64,000 nt of DNA from Clostridia bacterium (lineage in GTDB: Bacteria; Bacillota; Clostridia; Monoglobales; Monoglobaceae): assembly GCA_045661045.1 (NCBI GenBank), contig JAZREZ010000051.1, positions 23,903 through 87,902 on the forward strand, given 5' to 3'. Shown one piece after another: positions 30,931-41,311 of this stretch; within the stretch, counting starts at the first letter, position 1; every line of letters starts with the position of its first letter. The notes beneath the pieces were generated by a model, which was not told where the DNA came from, ran no database searches, and saw nothing but the letters and a program-made list of their open reading frames with translations. The position numbers and the translations under genes are program-made.

Positions 30931-30968
30931 AAAAAACGACAAACTTCAATAGAAGTTTGTCGTTTTTT
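30931..30968. terminator. Intrinsic terminator directly after tRNA-Gly
   Basis: A6-CGACAAACTTC-aata-GAAGTTTGTCG-T6. It is symmetric, so it could act in both directions. Confidence 0.85.
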
Positions 30969-31042
30969 GGAGCGGAAGACGAGATTCGAACTCGCGACGT
31001 TCACCTTGGCAAGGTGACGCTCTACCACTGAGCCACTCCCGC
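30968..31042 (-). tRNA. tRNA-Gly (anticodon GCC), CCA encoded
   Basis: Minus strand reads GCGGGAGTGGCTCAGTGGTAGAGCGTCACCTTGCCAAGGTGAACGTCGCGAGTTCGAATCTCGTCTTCCGCTCCA. It folds as a cloverleaf with anticodon arm TCACC-TTGCCAA-GGTGA and a T-arm GTTCGAATC. Confidence 0.95.
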
Positions 31043-31073
31043 ATATTTCTGTCACCTCTTGGCGACAGAAATC

Positions 31074-31102
31074 ATTATATCATATTTATCTTTGCTTGTC
31101 AA
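31074..31102 (-). promoter_or_regulatory. Perfect-consensus SigA promoter for tRNA-Gly: TTGACA, 17-bp spacer, TATAAT
   Basis: Minus strand reads TTGACAagcaaagataaatatgaTATAAT, 31 nt upstream of the mature tRNA 5' end. Confidence 0.7.
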
Positions 31103-31113
31103 TAGTTTTTTAA

Positions 31114-33045
31114 TTATTTTTCACGATTTTTTATCTCAAGCAATATCTTTTCGATAAATTCATCAACAGGCATTGCACCCTGGTCGCCATTCTTTCTTGA
31201 ACGAACAGAAACTGTACCCTCTGCCTGCTCTTTTTCACCTGCGACAAGCATATACGGAACTTTCTCAAGCTGAGCTTCTCTGATTTTATAACCGATTTTT
31301 TCGTTTCTTGTATCAAGTTCGACTCTGATGCCGTTTTGAGCAAGCTTTTCGTTAATCTCTTTTGCATAATCGAGATAGTTATCAGAAATCGGTAAAATCT
31401 TAACCTGAACAGGAGCAATCCAGGTTGGGAATGCACCCGCATACTTTTCGATAAGAAGCGCAAGTGTTCTTTCATAACAGCCGATTGATGTTCTGTGGAT
31501 AATGTACGGATTTTTCTTTTCGCCGTCTTTATCTACATATTCCATACCGAACTGCTTTGCAAGCATCTGGTCAATCTGAATTGTAATAAGGGTATCTTCT
31601 TTTCCAAATACATTCTTAATCTGAATGTCAAGTTTTGCACCATAGAAAGCAGCCTGACCAACTCCGATTTTATAAGGAATTTCAAGGTGGTCAAGAATTT
31701 TCTTCATTGTACCCTGAGCTTCGTCCCACTGTTCTGTTGTGCCGATATACTTACCCTTGTCATCAGGATCCCACTGTGAAAATCTGTATGAAACATCCTC
31801 GTAAAGACCGAGAGTTTTAAGCATATATGTCGCAACCTCTACACAGCTTTTGAATTCTTCCTCAAGCTGTTCCGGAGTACACATAAGGTGACCTTCTGAA
31901 ATAGTAAACTGACGCACACGAATAAGTCCGTGCATCTCGCCCGATGCTTCGTTTCTGAAAAGCGTCGATGTTTCGCCGTATCTGAGCGGCAAATCACGAT
32001 AACTTCTCATCTTATTTAAGTAAGCTTGATATTGGAACGGACAAGTCATAGGACGGAGCGCAAAAACTTCCTTATCCTTACTTTCGTCACCGAATATGAA
32101 CATTCCGTCCTGATAGTGATCCCAGTGCCCCGAAATCTTATAAAGGTCGCTTTTTGCCATGTAAGGTGTCTTTGTCCTTACCCAACCGTGAGCATCCTCG
32201 TAATCCTCAACAAAGCGCTGAAGTATCTGCAAAATTTTAGCACCCTTTGGAAGCATTATCGGAAGACCTTGTCCTATAACATCAGAGGTTGTAAAAATTT
32301 CAAGTTCTCTGCCGAGCTTATTGTGGTCACGCTTTCTTGCTTCTTCAAGCATTTCAAGATATTCATCAAGGTCGGATTTCTTCGGAAATGCAGTTGCATA
32401 AATACGGGTAAGCATCTTATTCTTTTCATCACCACGCCAATATGCACCTGTAGCACTCTGAATTTTAAACGCCTTGAGTCTGCCCGTAGACATAAGGTGC
32501 GGACCGGCGCAAAGGTCAGTAAAATCACCCTGCTTATAGAAAGAAATTATAGAATCCTCGGGTAAATCATTTATAAGTTCAACCTTATATGGTTCATCCT
32601 TCATAAGTTCAATCGCTTCGCTTCTTGAAAGTTCAAATCTCTCGATTTTGATATTTTCTTTTATAACCTTCTTCATTTCAGCCTCGATTTTTTCAATCTC
32701 GGCAGAGCCTACCGGCTTTTCAAATTCAAAATCATAGTAAAATCCATTTTCGATTGCGGGTCCGATAGCAAGCTTTGCAGTCGGGAACAATCTTTTTACT
32801 GCCTGCGCTAAAACATGCGATGCAGTATGACGATATGCAAGTCTGCCCTCTTCATCATCAAATGTTAAAAAGCTTACTGCGCAGTCGTTTTCAACAGTAT
32901 CTCTTAAATCGCATACCTTACCATCTATCATTGCCGCAGTACAAGCACGGGCAAGCCCCTCGCTTATATCAAACGCTATATCAATCAAAGCTGTGCCCTT
33001 AGCCACCTCCTTGACATCGCCGCCTTTTAAAGTAACTTTAACCAT
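31114..33045 (-). CDS. thrS: Threonyl-tRNA synthetase
   Basis: 643 aa with an N-terminal TGS domain, editing-domain HTASHVLA and class II core FRNEASGEMHGLIRVRQFT. Confidence 0.95.
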   Translation of the reverse strand: MVKVTLKGGDVKEVAKGTALIDIAFDISEGLARACTAAMIDGKVCDLRDTVENDCAVSFLTFDDEEGRLAYRHTASHVLAQAVKRLFPTAKLAIGPAIENGFYYDFEFEKPVGSAEIEKIEAEMKKVIKENIKIERFELSRSEAIELMKDEPYKVELINDLPEDSIISFYKQGDFTDLCAGPHLMSTGRLKAFKIQSATGAYWRGDEKNKMLTRIYATAFPKKSDLDEYLEMLEEARKRDHNKLGRELEIFTTSDVIGQGLPIMLPKGAKILQILQRFVEDYEDAHGWVRTKTPYMAKSDLYKISGHWDHYQDGMFIFGDESKDKEVFALRPMTCPFQYQAYLNKMRSYRDLPLRYGETSTLFRNEASGEMHGLIRVRQFTISEGHLMCTPEQLEEEFKSCVEVATYMLKTLGLYEDVSYRFSQWDPDDKGKYIGTTEQWDEAQGTMKKILDHLEIPYKIGVGQAAFYGAKLDIQIKNVFGKEDTLITIQIDQMLAKQFGMEYVDKDGEKKNPYIIHRTSIGCYERTLALLIEKYAGAFPTWIAPVQVKILPISDNYLDYAKEINEKLAQNGIRVELDTRNEKIGYKIREAQLEKVPYMLVAGEKEQAEGTVSVRSRKNGDQGAMPVDEFIEKILLEIKNREK

Positions 33046-33059
33046 TTATATCACCCTTT

Positions 33060-33530
33060 CTAATTAAGACCTACTAATAAGTGAGCGCAAATTGCCCACA
33101 CCGTTCCAAGAAGTGCACCTGCAGTAACCTCTAAAGGCGTATGCCCCAAAAGTTCTTTTAAGCGTATCTGCTTTTCAAGCGGGTCACTCTCGTCCCATGC
33201 ATCTATAATCATATTTATCATACTCGCCTGCTGACCTGCCGCCCTACGTATGCCTGATGCATCATACATAACAACCAGCGCAAACGCACAACAGATAACA
33301 AACGCAGTTGACCCAAATCCATCGTGTATACCTATGCATATAGCAAGGCAAGCCACCAAAGTAGAATGTGATGACGGCATACCGCCCGGCCCCATAAATC
33401 TTGTCATATCAAGTCTTTTTTCTCTCACACAAACAAGCAAGCCCTTAAGCACACAAGAGAATATCCACGCAAAAAGAACAGTAAAAAATATCTCGTTATG
33501 TAAAAAATCATTTAAGTACAAAAATATCAC
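33060..33530 (-). CDS. DUF212 / divergent PAP2 (acid phosphatase-vanadium haloperoxidase related) membrane protein
   Basis: GGMPSSHSTLV and MYDASGIRR motifs. Confidence 0.7.
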   Translation of the reverse strand: MIFLYLNDFLHNEIFFTVLFAWIFSCVLKGLLVCVREKRLDMTRFMGPGGMPSSHSTLVACLAICIGIHDGFGSTAFVICCAFALVVMYDASGIRRAAGQQASMINMIIDAWDESDPLEKQIRLKELLGHTPLEVTAGALLGTVWAICAHLLVGLN

Positions 33531-33536
33531 TCCAAA

Positions 33537-34430
33537 CTAATAGCTTCTGTCAATCAAAAAATCTGCAAGCTCATACAAAAACCACGCTTTATCTCCAAAT
33601 GGCTCAAGCTCTGCTTTTGCCTTATCGGTAATTTCGCTGAGATTTTTCTTTGCTTCATCAAGTGAAAGCAAGGTAACGAATGTATTTTTTCCGTTATCCG
33701 AGTCACTTCCAATGGGTTTACCCAAAAGTTCTTCATTTCCTATAACATCAAGTATATCATCTTTTATCTGAAATGCCAACCCCAATTTTGAAGAATATCC
33801 GGATAGTGCAGAAAGCTTTGCATCGTCAAATTCACCGCAAAGACCGCCGCAAACCGCCGCCGCCTTAATAAGCGCACCCGTTTTGTGAGCGTGCATATAA
33901 ATCAAATCATCAAGCGTGACATTGCTTTTATCTTCATTTTCGATATCTACAACCTGCCCGCCAATCATCCCAAAAACACCAGATGCAACAGAAAGTTCTC
34001 TTGTAATCTTAAGCAATCTATTTGCATCAAGCGTTTTAAATTTCTTTATGTCCGACAAAATCTCAAATGCTGAATTTAAGAGTCCGTCACCTGCAAGAAG
34101 TGCTATGCATTCGCCATAAACCTTGTGGCATGTAGGTCTGCCTCTCCTTAAGTCATCATCGTCCATACAAGGCAAATCATCGTGAATTAACGAATAGTTA
34201 TGCACACATTCAACCGCAAGCGCAACCCTTGCAGCATCCTCAAAATCCGCACCCAGAAGTTCAGCCGATGCCATAGTCAGAACGGGGCGTATTCTCTTAC
34301 CACCCGCAGTTATGGCATAATGCATCGCATCAAGTACCGATTTTTGAGGCATCTCTTGGGGCTTAAAATACTCGTCTATCTTTTGCTCAGCGGCGTTTAA
34401 GTATAAATCGTACTGCTTTTTAAAATCCAT
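33537..34430 (-). CDS. ispA: Farnesyl/geranylgeranyl diphosphate synthase (polyprenyl synthetase)
   Basis: First Asp-rich motif LIHDDLPCMDDDDLRRG and second motif FQIKDDILD. Confidence 0.9.
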   Translation of the reverse strand: MDFKKQYDLYLNAAEQKIDEYFKPQEMPQKSVLDAMHYAITAGGKRIRPVLTMASAELLGADFEDAARVALAVECVHNYSLIHDDLPCMDDDDLRRGRPTCHKVYGECIALLAGDGLLNSAFEILSDIKKFKTLDANRLLKITRELSVASGVFGMIGGQVVDIENEDKSNVTLDDLIYMHAHKTGALIKAAAVCGGLCGEFDDAKLSALSGYSSKLGLAFQIKDDILDVIGNEELLGKPIGSDSDNGKNTFVTLLSLDEAKKNLSEITDKAKAELEPFGDKAWFLYELADFLIDRSY

Positions 34431-34660
34431 TATTCTGCTCCTTTAAAAGCCGTTTCTTCCATCTCGCCGTCACGATTTTTCATAAGTATCGTTATTTTCT
34501 GTTCAGCCTCATCAAGTGCCTTTGTGCACTCCCCGGTGAGCTTTACACCCTTTTCAAAAAGTGTAATCATATCATCAAGACTTATATCTGTGCTCTCTAA
34601 AGCTTTAACCACCTGTTCAAGCTCCGAGAGATTTTTTTCAAAACTTTGCTTGTCCGCCAT
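34430..34660 (-). CDS. xseB: Exodeoxyribonuclease VII small subunit
   Basis: MADKQSFEKNLSELEQVVKALES is a typical XseB start. It lies directly after xseA. Confidence 0.85.
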   Translation of the reverse strand: MADKQSFEKNLSELEQVVKALESTDISLDDMITLFEKGVKLTGECTKALDEAEQKITILMKNRDGEMEETAFKGAE

Positions 34661-34674
34661 TTTCATACCGCCTT

Positions 34675-35868
34675 TCATATTACACTTGCGCTGAATTCGC
34701 CATCAGTAACCCGAATTTTAATTGTATCGTCCTTACTGACCTGCTTGACCGATTTTATTACCTTTCCACCTGTGTCGGTTGTCAAAGAATATCCTCTTGT
34801 AAGTGTGCCAAGAGGGCTTAAGCCGTCAAGCATTGCTACATTTTTAACCAGAGTTTGTCTTTTTTCTGAAATCGCATTTTTACACGCAAGCTCAAAATTA
34901 TGAAATATATTGTCAAGGTTCTGTCTTTCGTCATCAATAGCCCTTATCGGCTCTTTAAACACCGTTCTGTCCTCTAATGACTTAAGTGACATTCTGCCTT
35001 TTTCAACTATGTGCATTGACCGCTGAAAAATTCTTCGGTAAACATTATTAAACTTTTCAGTAAGTTCTATCTGCGACGGCACAACAAGCTCTGCCGCAGC
35101 AGATGGCGTTGGGGCTCTTAAATCCGCAACGAAATCGGATATTGTAAAGTCAATCTCATGACCGACTGCCGACACGATAGGAACATCACTTTCATATATG
35201 GCGCGGGCAACAATTTCTTCATTAAAGGACCATAAATCCTCAATCGAGCCTCCGCCTCTGCCGACTATCAGCACATCGGCAATTTTGCTTTGATTAAAAT
35301 ATTTTATTGCTTCAACTATGCTTTGTGCAGAATTTTCACCCTGCACCAATACAGGATATAAAACTATATCAGCATAGGAAAATCTGCGGGTTAAAACATT
35401 GATTATATCCCGAATTGCCGCACCTGTCGGTGCAGTAACAACCCCTACCTTTTTAGGATATTTAGGAAGCGGTTTTTTATGAGCCGCATCAAAAAGCCCT
35501 TCGGCAGATAATTTGATTTTAAGCCGTTCAAACGCCTGATACAAATCACCCTGCCCCTCTTGTTGCATATCATTTATATAAAGCTGGTACTGACCGTCAC
35601 GCTCATACACACTTATTCTGCCGCGTGCAATAACCTTCATACCATTTTGTGGATTAAAGTTAAGCCCCATTGCCGCAGAACGAAACATAACCGCGCGCAT
35701 AACACCGGTTTCATCCTTTAATGACATATACATATGCCCCGAAGAATGTGCTTTAAAATTAGAAAGCTCACCCTTGACTAAAACATCCGATAAAATGTCA
35801 TCATGGGCTATAACTTCTTTTATATAAAGATTTACTTGTGTTACCGATAAGGCTTTTCTCTCGTCCAT
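34675..35868 (-). CDS. xseA: Exodeoxyribonuclease VII large subunit
   Basis: N-terminal OB fold (VKGELSNFKAHSSGHMYMSLKD) and catalytic region GRGGGSIEDLWSFN. Confidence 0.9.
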   Translation of the reverse strand: MDERKALSVTQVNLYIKEVIAHDDILSDVLVKGELSNFKAHSSGHMYMSLKDETGVMRAVMFRSAAMGLNFNPQNGMKVIARGRISVYERDGQYQLYINDMQQEGQGDLYQAFERLKIKLSAEGLFDAAHKKPLPKYPKKVGVVTAPTGAAIRDIINVLTRRFSYADIVLYPVLVQGENSAQSIVEAIKYFNQSKIADVLIVGRGGGSIEDLWSFNEEIVARAIYESDVPIVSAVGHEIDFTISDFVADLRAPTPSAAAELVVPSQIELTEKFNNVYRRIFQRSMHIVEKGRMSLKSLEDRTVFKEPIRAIDDERQNLDNIFHNFELACKNAISEKRQTLVKNVAMLDGLSPLGTLTRGYSLTTDTGGKVIKSVKQVSKDDTIKIRVTDGEFSASVI

Positions 35869-35877
35869 ATTAGCTTC

Positions 35878-36282
35878 CTATTTCTTTTCTAAATTATCCT
35901 TGAGCTTTCCAAGTATTCCGTTTACAAAGGGAGCAGCTTCCTCTCCCTCAAACTCCTTGGCAAGTGAAACTGCCTCGCTTACCGAAACTGCCGCAGGAAT
36001 ATCATTCATATACAAAAGCTCATAAGCACCAAGTCTTAGTGCCGCAAGCGAAACTGATGATATTCTGTTAATATCCCAATCCTTTGAATATTCAGAAAGC
36101 ACATTGTCAACCTCTTCAAGCTTTGAAACTGTGCCGTTTACAACGCTTTCGATATACTCTTTTTGAGCACCCGTTTTTGTGCTTTCAAAAAAATCACTTA
36201 CAAGCTCATTTATGCTATCTGCCTGAAACTTATGCTGAAACAACAATATAAAAGCTTGTTTTCTCGCTTCTCTTCTGTTCAT
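35878..36282 (-). CDS. nusB: Transcription antitermination factor NusB
   Basis: MNRREARKQAFILLFQ start at ATG 36282, 4 nt after the asp23 stop. Confidence 0.9.
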   Translation of the reverse strand: MNRREARKQAFILLFQHKFQADSINELVSDFFESTKTGAQKEYIESVVNGTVSKLEEVDNVLSEYSKDWDINRISSVSLAALRLGAYELLYMNDIPAAVSVSEAVSLAKEFEGEEAAPFVNGILGKLKDNLEKK

Positions 36283-36286
36283 CGAA

Positions 36287-36682
36287 TTACTCCTCTGTGC
36301 TATCAGCAATCTCCTCTGTCTGCGGAACATTAAGTCCGTCAACTATTACATTAACAGTGACAATGTTCAAGCCTGTCATTTCTTCTACCTCATCCTTAAC
36401 CTTGCCCTGAACTTCCCATGCAACATCGGGAATTCTTGCACCGTAATTTACAACAATAGACACATCAAGAGTAACATCATTCTCACATCTTGTAACCTTT
36501 ACGCCTTTGAATGCCTTTTTCATTCCTAAAAATTCTGCAACATTACCCGCAACCGATCCAGCCATTCCAGCAACATTTTCAACCGATGTTGCAGCCTTTG
36601 ATGCGATTACAGAAAGAACCTCATCAGAAATGTTAACATTGCCGTTATTATCAAAAATTTCGGGGTTAATTGTGTTTTCCAT
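36287..36682 (-). CDS. Asp23/Gls24 family alkaline-shock protein
   Basis: ISDEVLSVIASKAATSVENVAGM and the overall 131-aa layout. Confidence 0.8.
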   Translation of the reverse strand: MENTINPEIFDNNGNVNISDEVLSVIASKAATSVENVAGMAGSVAGNVAEFLGMKKAFKGVKVTRCENDVTLDVSIVVNYGARIPDVAWEVQGKVKDEVEEMTGLNIVTVNVIVDGLNVPQTEEIADSTEE

Positions 36683-36774
36683 AATAATCCTCCTTAAATT
36701 TACTTACTATTATCCAATATACCCATATTATATCATATTAAAATAAATTCCGCAATCATTATTTTAATTTTAAA

Positions 36775-36803
36775 AGAAAAAACTCTCCAAAAGGAGAGTT
36801 TTA
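36775..36803 (-). terminator. Intrinsic terminator after the ABC transporter operon
   Basis: AAAAAACTCTCC-aaaa-GGAGAGTTTT, overlapping the ATPase gene stop. Confidence 0.75.
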
Positions 36804-37541
36804 TAATACTTTTCTTAAAAATTCCTGAGTACGCTCGTTTTGTGCATTTGAAAAAATCTGCTCAGGCGTGCCTTGTTCGACTATTTTTCCGCCGTCCATA
36901 AACAGTACTCTATCGGCAACCTCACGCGCAAATCCCATCTCGTGCGTTACTACAAGCATTGTCATTCCGTCTGCCGCAAGCTTTTTCATAACGTCTAAAA
37001 CCTCGCCTACCATTTCAGGATCAAGTGCAGAGGTTGGTTCATCAAAGAGCATTACATCAGGCTTCATACAAAGCGCTCTTACGATAGCAATTCTCTGCTT
37101 CTGTCCGCCTGACAATTGCGACGGATAAGCATTCGCTCTATCCTCAAGACCTACAACCTTTAAAAGCTCCATTGCTTGTTTTTCGGCATCTTCTTTGGAT
37201 ATTTTTTTAAGCTTCATAGGAGCAATACACATATTCTTAAGTATTGTCATATGCGGGAAGAGATTAAACTGCTGGAACACCATACCCATCTTCTGTCTGT
37301 GTTTGTTTATGTCATTTTTGGGGTCTGCAATATTTATACCCTCTAAGAATATTTCGCCGTCCGTGGGCATTTCAAGCAGATTAAGGGAACGTAAAAACGT
37401 AGATTTTCCGCATCCGGAAGGCCCAATTATAACAATAACCTCACCTTTTTTAACATCTAAATCAACACCGTCAAGCGCCTTTATTTTTCCGTTCAAAAAG
37501 TATTTTTTAAGGCCTTTTACTTCTATAATGTTATCTCTCAT
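36801..37541 (-). CDS. Polar amino acid ABC transporter, ATP-binding protein
   Basis: Walker [10 protein letters not shown], signature LSGGQKQR, Walker [12 protein letters not shown]. Start is at ATG 37541 behind GAAAGGAGG. Confidence 0.9.
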   Translation of the reverse strand: MRDNIIEVKGLKKYFLNGKIKALDGVDLDVKKGEVIVIIGPSGCGKSTFLRSLNLLEMPTDGEIFLEGINIADPKNDINKHRQKMGMVFQQFNLFPHMTILKNMCIAPMKLKKISKEDAEKQAMELLKVVGLEDRANAYPSQLSGGQKQRIAIVRALCMKPDVMLFDEPTSALDPEMVGEVLDVMKKLAADGMTMLVVTHEMGFAREVADRVLFMDGGKIVEQGTPEQIFSNAQNERTQEFLRKVL

Positions 37542-38250
37542 TGTTGCGCAGCCTCCTTTCAAGCTTTCCTGTAAGGTAGGTAAGGAGCATAACTATTGCA
37601 AGATATACCGCCGCAACCGCCAAAAGAGGCATGTATGCCGAAAATGTGCGTCCTCTTATGATATCTCCGCCTTTTGTTAAGTCAACTATACCAACATAAC
37701 CCGATACCGATGTTTCCTTTAAGAGAGCAATAAACTCGTTCAAAAGAGTTGGAAGCACGCTCTTGAACGCTTGAGGAATTATAATGAAAATCATGGTCTG
37801 TATGTAGTTAAAACCAAGAGAACGGCCAGCTTCAAACTGACCATCATCTATAGACATAATACCGCCTCTTAAAATTTCCGCAACATACGCGCCCGAATTT
37901 ATACCAAACGCAATAGCAGCAACCATTATACCGTTTGTAGAGGATGCAAATATAATAAAATATGCAATAAGCAACTGAACTACAACAGGAGTACCTCTGA
38001 AAACAGTAAGATATATCTTACACACTCCGTTTAAAAATCCAAGAAAGTAATATCCAAGACCTTTCTTACGCGACATAGCTTCACGATTTTTGTCATAGCT
38101 GGTTCGGATAATAGCAACTACTATACCGATTAAAACACCGATTAAAACCGCAAAAAAAGCAATGGTAAGAGTTCTGCCCAGACCTTCTGCGAGATATTTC
38201 CATCTGTTATCAGTCACAAAGTTGAGAACAAACTGTTCCTTAAGCGTCAA
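37531..38250 (-). CDS. Polar amino acid ABC transporter permease (His/Glu/Gln/Arg/opine family)
   Basis: EAA-type loop [14 protein letters not shown] and about 5 TM segments. The start is uncertain (TTG 38250 or 38259). Confidence 0.85.
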   Translation of the reverse strand: MTLKEQFVLNFVTDNRWKYLAEGLGRTLTIAFFAVLIGVLIGIVVAIIRTSYDKNREAMSRKKGLGYYFLGFLNGVCKIYLTVFRGTPVVVQLLIAYFIIFASSTNGIMVAAIAFGINSGAYVAEILRGGIMSIDDGQFEAGRSLGFNYIQTMIFIIIPQAFKSVLPTLLNEFIALLKETSVSGYVGIVDLTKGGDIIRGRTFSAYMPLLAVAAVYLAIVMLLTYLTGKLERRLRNNER

Positions 38251-38322
38251 AAAAATCAACTCCTATATACAAACTTTGACGCTGCGCCAAGACGGCACAG
38301 CGTCATTTAAAAGCATTGTTTA

Positions 38323-39066
38323 TTATTCAGCGCTAATATACTTGTCGATTATAGTCTTAACTGTTCCGTCAGCTATAAGCTCTTTTAAAGCACCATTAAC
38401 CTTTTCTAAAAGCTCTGTGTTTTCCTTAGCAATACAGATTGCATAATCTTCAACAGCGTATTCAGTATCAAGAATTGAAAGTCCTTCATTTGCAGCAACG
38501 AAAGAAATTGCAGGCTGGTTATCAATGATTACGCAATCAACCTTGCCGCTAACAAGCGCTGCAACTGCGTCTGTACCCTTGTTGAAAGGAGTTACCATAT
38601 CATCGCCATATTCGTCAGCTGCATAGATGTGACCGGTTGTATCCTGCTGAACACCAATCTTCTTGCCTGCTAAATCTTCAACAGTCTTTATCTCAGAACC
38701 TGTCTTTACGATAATAGACTGAATACCGGTTGCATATGTATCAGTAAAGTTTACAGACAACTTACGCTCTTCTGTAACTGTCATACCTGCCATACCGATG
38801 TCATACTTACCTGACTGAACGCCTGTGATGATTGAACCGAACTCTGTATCTACGATTTCAAGTTCCATACCAATCTTCTTAGCGATTGCGTCAGCGATTT
38901 CTGCATCAATACCAACAATCTTCTCGCCCTCATAGAATTCATACGGAGGGAAAGTAGCATTTGTAGCCATAGTAAGCTTTTCAGCCTCTGCGGGCTTTTC
39001 TGCAGTACAACCGAACATAGTTACTGCCATTGCTAAACAAAGTGTAATTAAAAGTAATTTTTTCAT
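38323..39066 (-). CDS. Polar amino acid ABC transporter substrate-binding lipoprotein
   Basis: Lipobox signal MKKLLLITLCLAMAVTMFGC and a family-3 SBP body (DIGMAGMTVTEER). Confidence 0.85.
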   Translation of the reverse strand: MKKLLLITLCLAMAVTMFGCTAEKPAEAEKLTMATNATFPPYEFYEGEKIVGIDAEIADAIAKKIGMELEIVDTEFGSIITGVQSGKYDIGMAGMTVTEERKLSVNFTDTYATGIQSIIVKTGSEIKTVEDLAGKKIGVQQDTTGHIYAADEYGDDMVTPFNKGTDAVAALVSGKVDCVIIDNQPAISFVAANEGLSILDTEYAVEDYAICIAKENTELLEKVNGALKELIADGTVKTIIDKYISAE

Positions 39067-39104
39067 AACAAACAACTCCCTTTAGTTATTTATATTTTTG
39101 ATTT

Positions 39105-39133
39105 ATTTTACAACATATTAAGCGCTTTGTCAA
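39105..39133 (-). promoter_or_regulatory. SigA-type promoter for the ABC operon: TTGACA, 17-bp spacer, TAAAAT
   Basis: Minus strand reads TTGACAaagcgcttaatatgttgTAAAAT. Confidence 0.55.
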
Positions 39134-39138
39134 TATTT

Positions 39139-40269
39139 TTATATACGATTACCTAAAACATTAACCCTTTCTTTTTTATATAAATCAAAGCAATCATTAT
39201 CAATGGCATCCCTGATTTCAGCCATAAGATTATTATAAAAATAAAGATTGTGCATTACCGCAAGACGCATTGCAAGCATCTCTTTTGCTTTAAACAGATG
39301 CCTTATATATCCCCTTGAAAAGTTTTTACATGTGGGACAGTTACAATTTACATCAAGGGGTTTTTCGTCACGCTCATATTTTGCGTTCATTATATTGAGT
39401 ATTCCCTCGCTTGTAAAAATAGTACCGTGTCTTGCGTTACGGCTCGGCATAACGCAATCAAAAAAGTCCACACCGCGCTCTACCGCTTCTAATATATTGA
39501 CGGGTGTTCCCACGCCCATAAGATATCTTACCTTATCCTTTGGCATATACGGCTCTACCGCCTCAATAATTGAATACATTTCTTCTGCAGTTTCACCTAC
39601 TGCAAGTCCGCCTATTGCGTAGCCATCAAGGTCTAAATCAACTATTTGTTTCATATTTTCTATTCTCAAATCAGAATATGTGCTGCCCTGATTTATTCCG
39701 AACAAAAGCTGATTTTTATTTATGGTAGTATCTAAAGAGTTAAGTCTTTGCATCTCGTTTTTACAACGCTCAAGCCAACGAACAGTACGCAAAGATGACT
39801 CTCTCGCATACTCTTTTTCGCAAGGATTTTCGATACACTCATCAAACGCCATAGCAATGGTTGATGCAAGGTTTGACTGAATTTGCATACTCTCCTCAGG
39901 TCCCATAAATATCTTTCTGCCGTCTATGTGCGAGGAAAAATAAACTCCCTCTTCCTTGATGTTTCTCAAAGATGCAAGAGAAAACACCTGAAAACCACCG
40001 CTGTCTGTAAGTATAGGCCTGTCCCAATTCATAAACTTGTGAAGCCCACCCATATCGTGAACAACCTTATCGCCAGGTCTCAAATGCAGATGATAGGTGT
40101 TTGAAAGCTCCACCTGACAGCCAAGTTCCTTAAGCTCGGGTGCAGAAACTGCACCCTTTATTGCTGCCGCCGTTCCTACATTCATAAACACGGGTGTCTG
40201 AACCGTTCCGTGAACAGTTTTAAATTCACCTCTGCGGGCAGTGCCATTAGTCTTTATAAGCTTATACAT
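39139..40269 (-). CDS. tgt: Queuine tRNA-ribosyltransferase (tRNA-guanine transglycosylase)
   Basis: LTDSGGFQVFS and zinc site CNCPTCKNFSRGYIRHL. Confidence 0.95.
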   Translation of the reverse strand: MYKLIKTNGTARRGEFKTVHGTVQTPVFMNVGTAAAIKGAVSAPELKELGCQVELSNTYHLHLRPGDKVVHDMGGLHKFMNWDRPILTDSGGFQVFSLASLRNIKEEGVYFSSHIDGRKIFMGPEESMQIQSNLASTIAMAFDECIENPCEKEYARESSLRTVRWLERCKNEMQRLNSLDTTINKNQLLFGINQGSTYSDLRIENMKQIVDLDLDGYAIGGLAVGETAEEMYSIIEAVEPYMPKDKVRYLMGVGTPVNILEAVERGVDFFDCVMPSRNARHGTIFTSEGILNIMNAKYERDEKPLDVNCNCPTCKNFSRGYIRHLFKAKEMLAMRLAVMHNLYFYNNLMAEIRDAIDNDCFDLYKKERVNVLGNRI

Positions 40270-40270
40270 T

Positions 40271-41302
40271 TTATTCTCCTTTAATAAACATCGCATCGCC
40301 GAAACTAAAAAATCTGTATTTTTCTTTTACTGCAGTTTCGTACGCATTAAACACATTATCCTTACCCGCAAATGCTGAAATTAACATCAGCAAAGTAGAT
40401 TCGGGCAGATGAAAATTGGTAATAAGTGCATCAATCGCTTTAAGCTTATAACCGGGATAAATAAATATACTCGTATCTCCCGATTGCGCTTTTAATTTTC
40501 CATCTTCATCCGCAACGGTTTCGAGCGTTCGCACAGATGTAGTGCCGACCGCAATAATTCTGCCTCCGTTTTCTCGGACACGATTTATGGTATCCGCCGC
40601 CTCTTTTGTTATCAGATAGTATTCTGTATGCATCAAATGTTCCTCGACATTTTCAACAGATACAGGTCTGAAAGTACCAAGTCCTACATGAAGCGTAAGA
40701 TAGACAAGTTCTACTCCCATATTTTTTATCTTTTCAAGAAGCTCTTCGGTAAAATGGAGTCCCGCCGTCGGTGCTGCCGCAGAACCCTCAATTTTAGAAT
40801 ATACAGTCTGATATCTTTCTCGGTCGGTTAATTTTTCTTTTATATAAGGCGGCAAGGGCATTTCCCCGAGCTTATCAAGAATTTCTTCCCATACGCCGTC
40901 ATATTCAAACGCAACTATTCGATTACCATCCGGCAAAACCTCTAAAACCTCTGCCTTTAAAAGTCCGTCGCCAAACTCAAAACGAGCGCCCTTTCTTGCT
41001 CTCTTTCCGGGTTTTAAAATAACCTCCCATTTATCAAGAGCAATTCTTTTTAAAAGCAGAAATTCGATTTTACCTCCGCTGCCTTCCTTGCTTCCGTATA
41101 ATCTTGCAGGAATAACCCTGGTATTATTCATAACAAGGCAATCGCCTTTTTTTAAATGGTTTGTTATATCAAAAAAATGTTCGTGGCTTATTGTGCCGCT
41201 TTCCTTTTCTAAAACCAAAAGTCTGGATGCCGTTCTGTCCTTTAGCGGAGTCTGCGCAATAAGCTCCTGAGGTAAATCATAATAAAAATCCTTTGTAGTC
41301 AT
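40271..41302 (-). CDS. queA: S-adenosylmethionine:tRNA ribosyltransferase-isomerase
   Basis: [15 protein letters not shown] start and [16 protein letters not shown]. Confidence 0.95.
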   Translation of the reverse strand: MTTKDFYYDLPQELIAQTPLKDRTASRLLVLEKESGTISHEHFFDITNHLKKGDCLVMNNTRVIPARLYGSKEGSGGKIEFLLLKRIALDKWEVILKPGKRARKGARFEFGDGLLKAEVLEVLPDGNRIVAFEYDGVWEEILDKLGEMPLPPYIKEKLTDRERYQTVYSKIEGSAAAPTAGLHFTEELLEKIKNMGVELVYLTLHVGLGTFRPVSVENVEEHLMHTEYYLITKEAADTINRVRENGGRIIAVGTTSVRTLETVADEDGKLKAQSGDTSIFIYPGYKLKAIDALITNFHLPESTLLMLISAFAGKDNVFNAYETAVKEKYRFFSFGDAMFIKGE

Positions 41303-41311
41303 AACCGCTCC

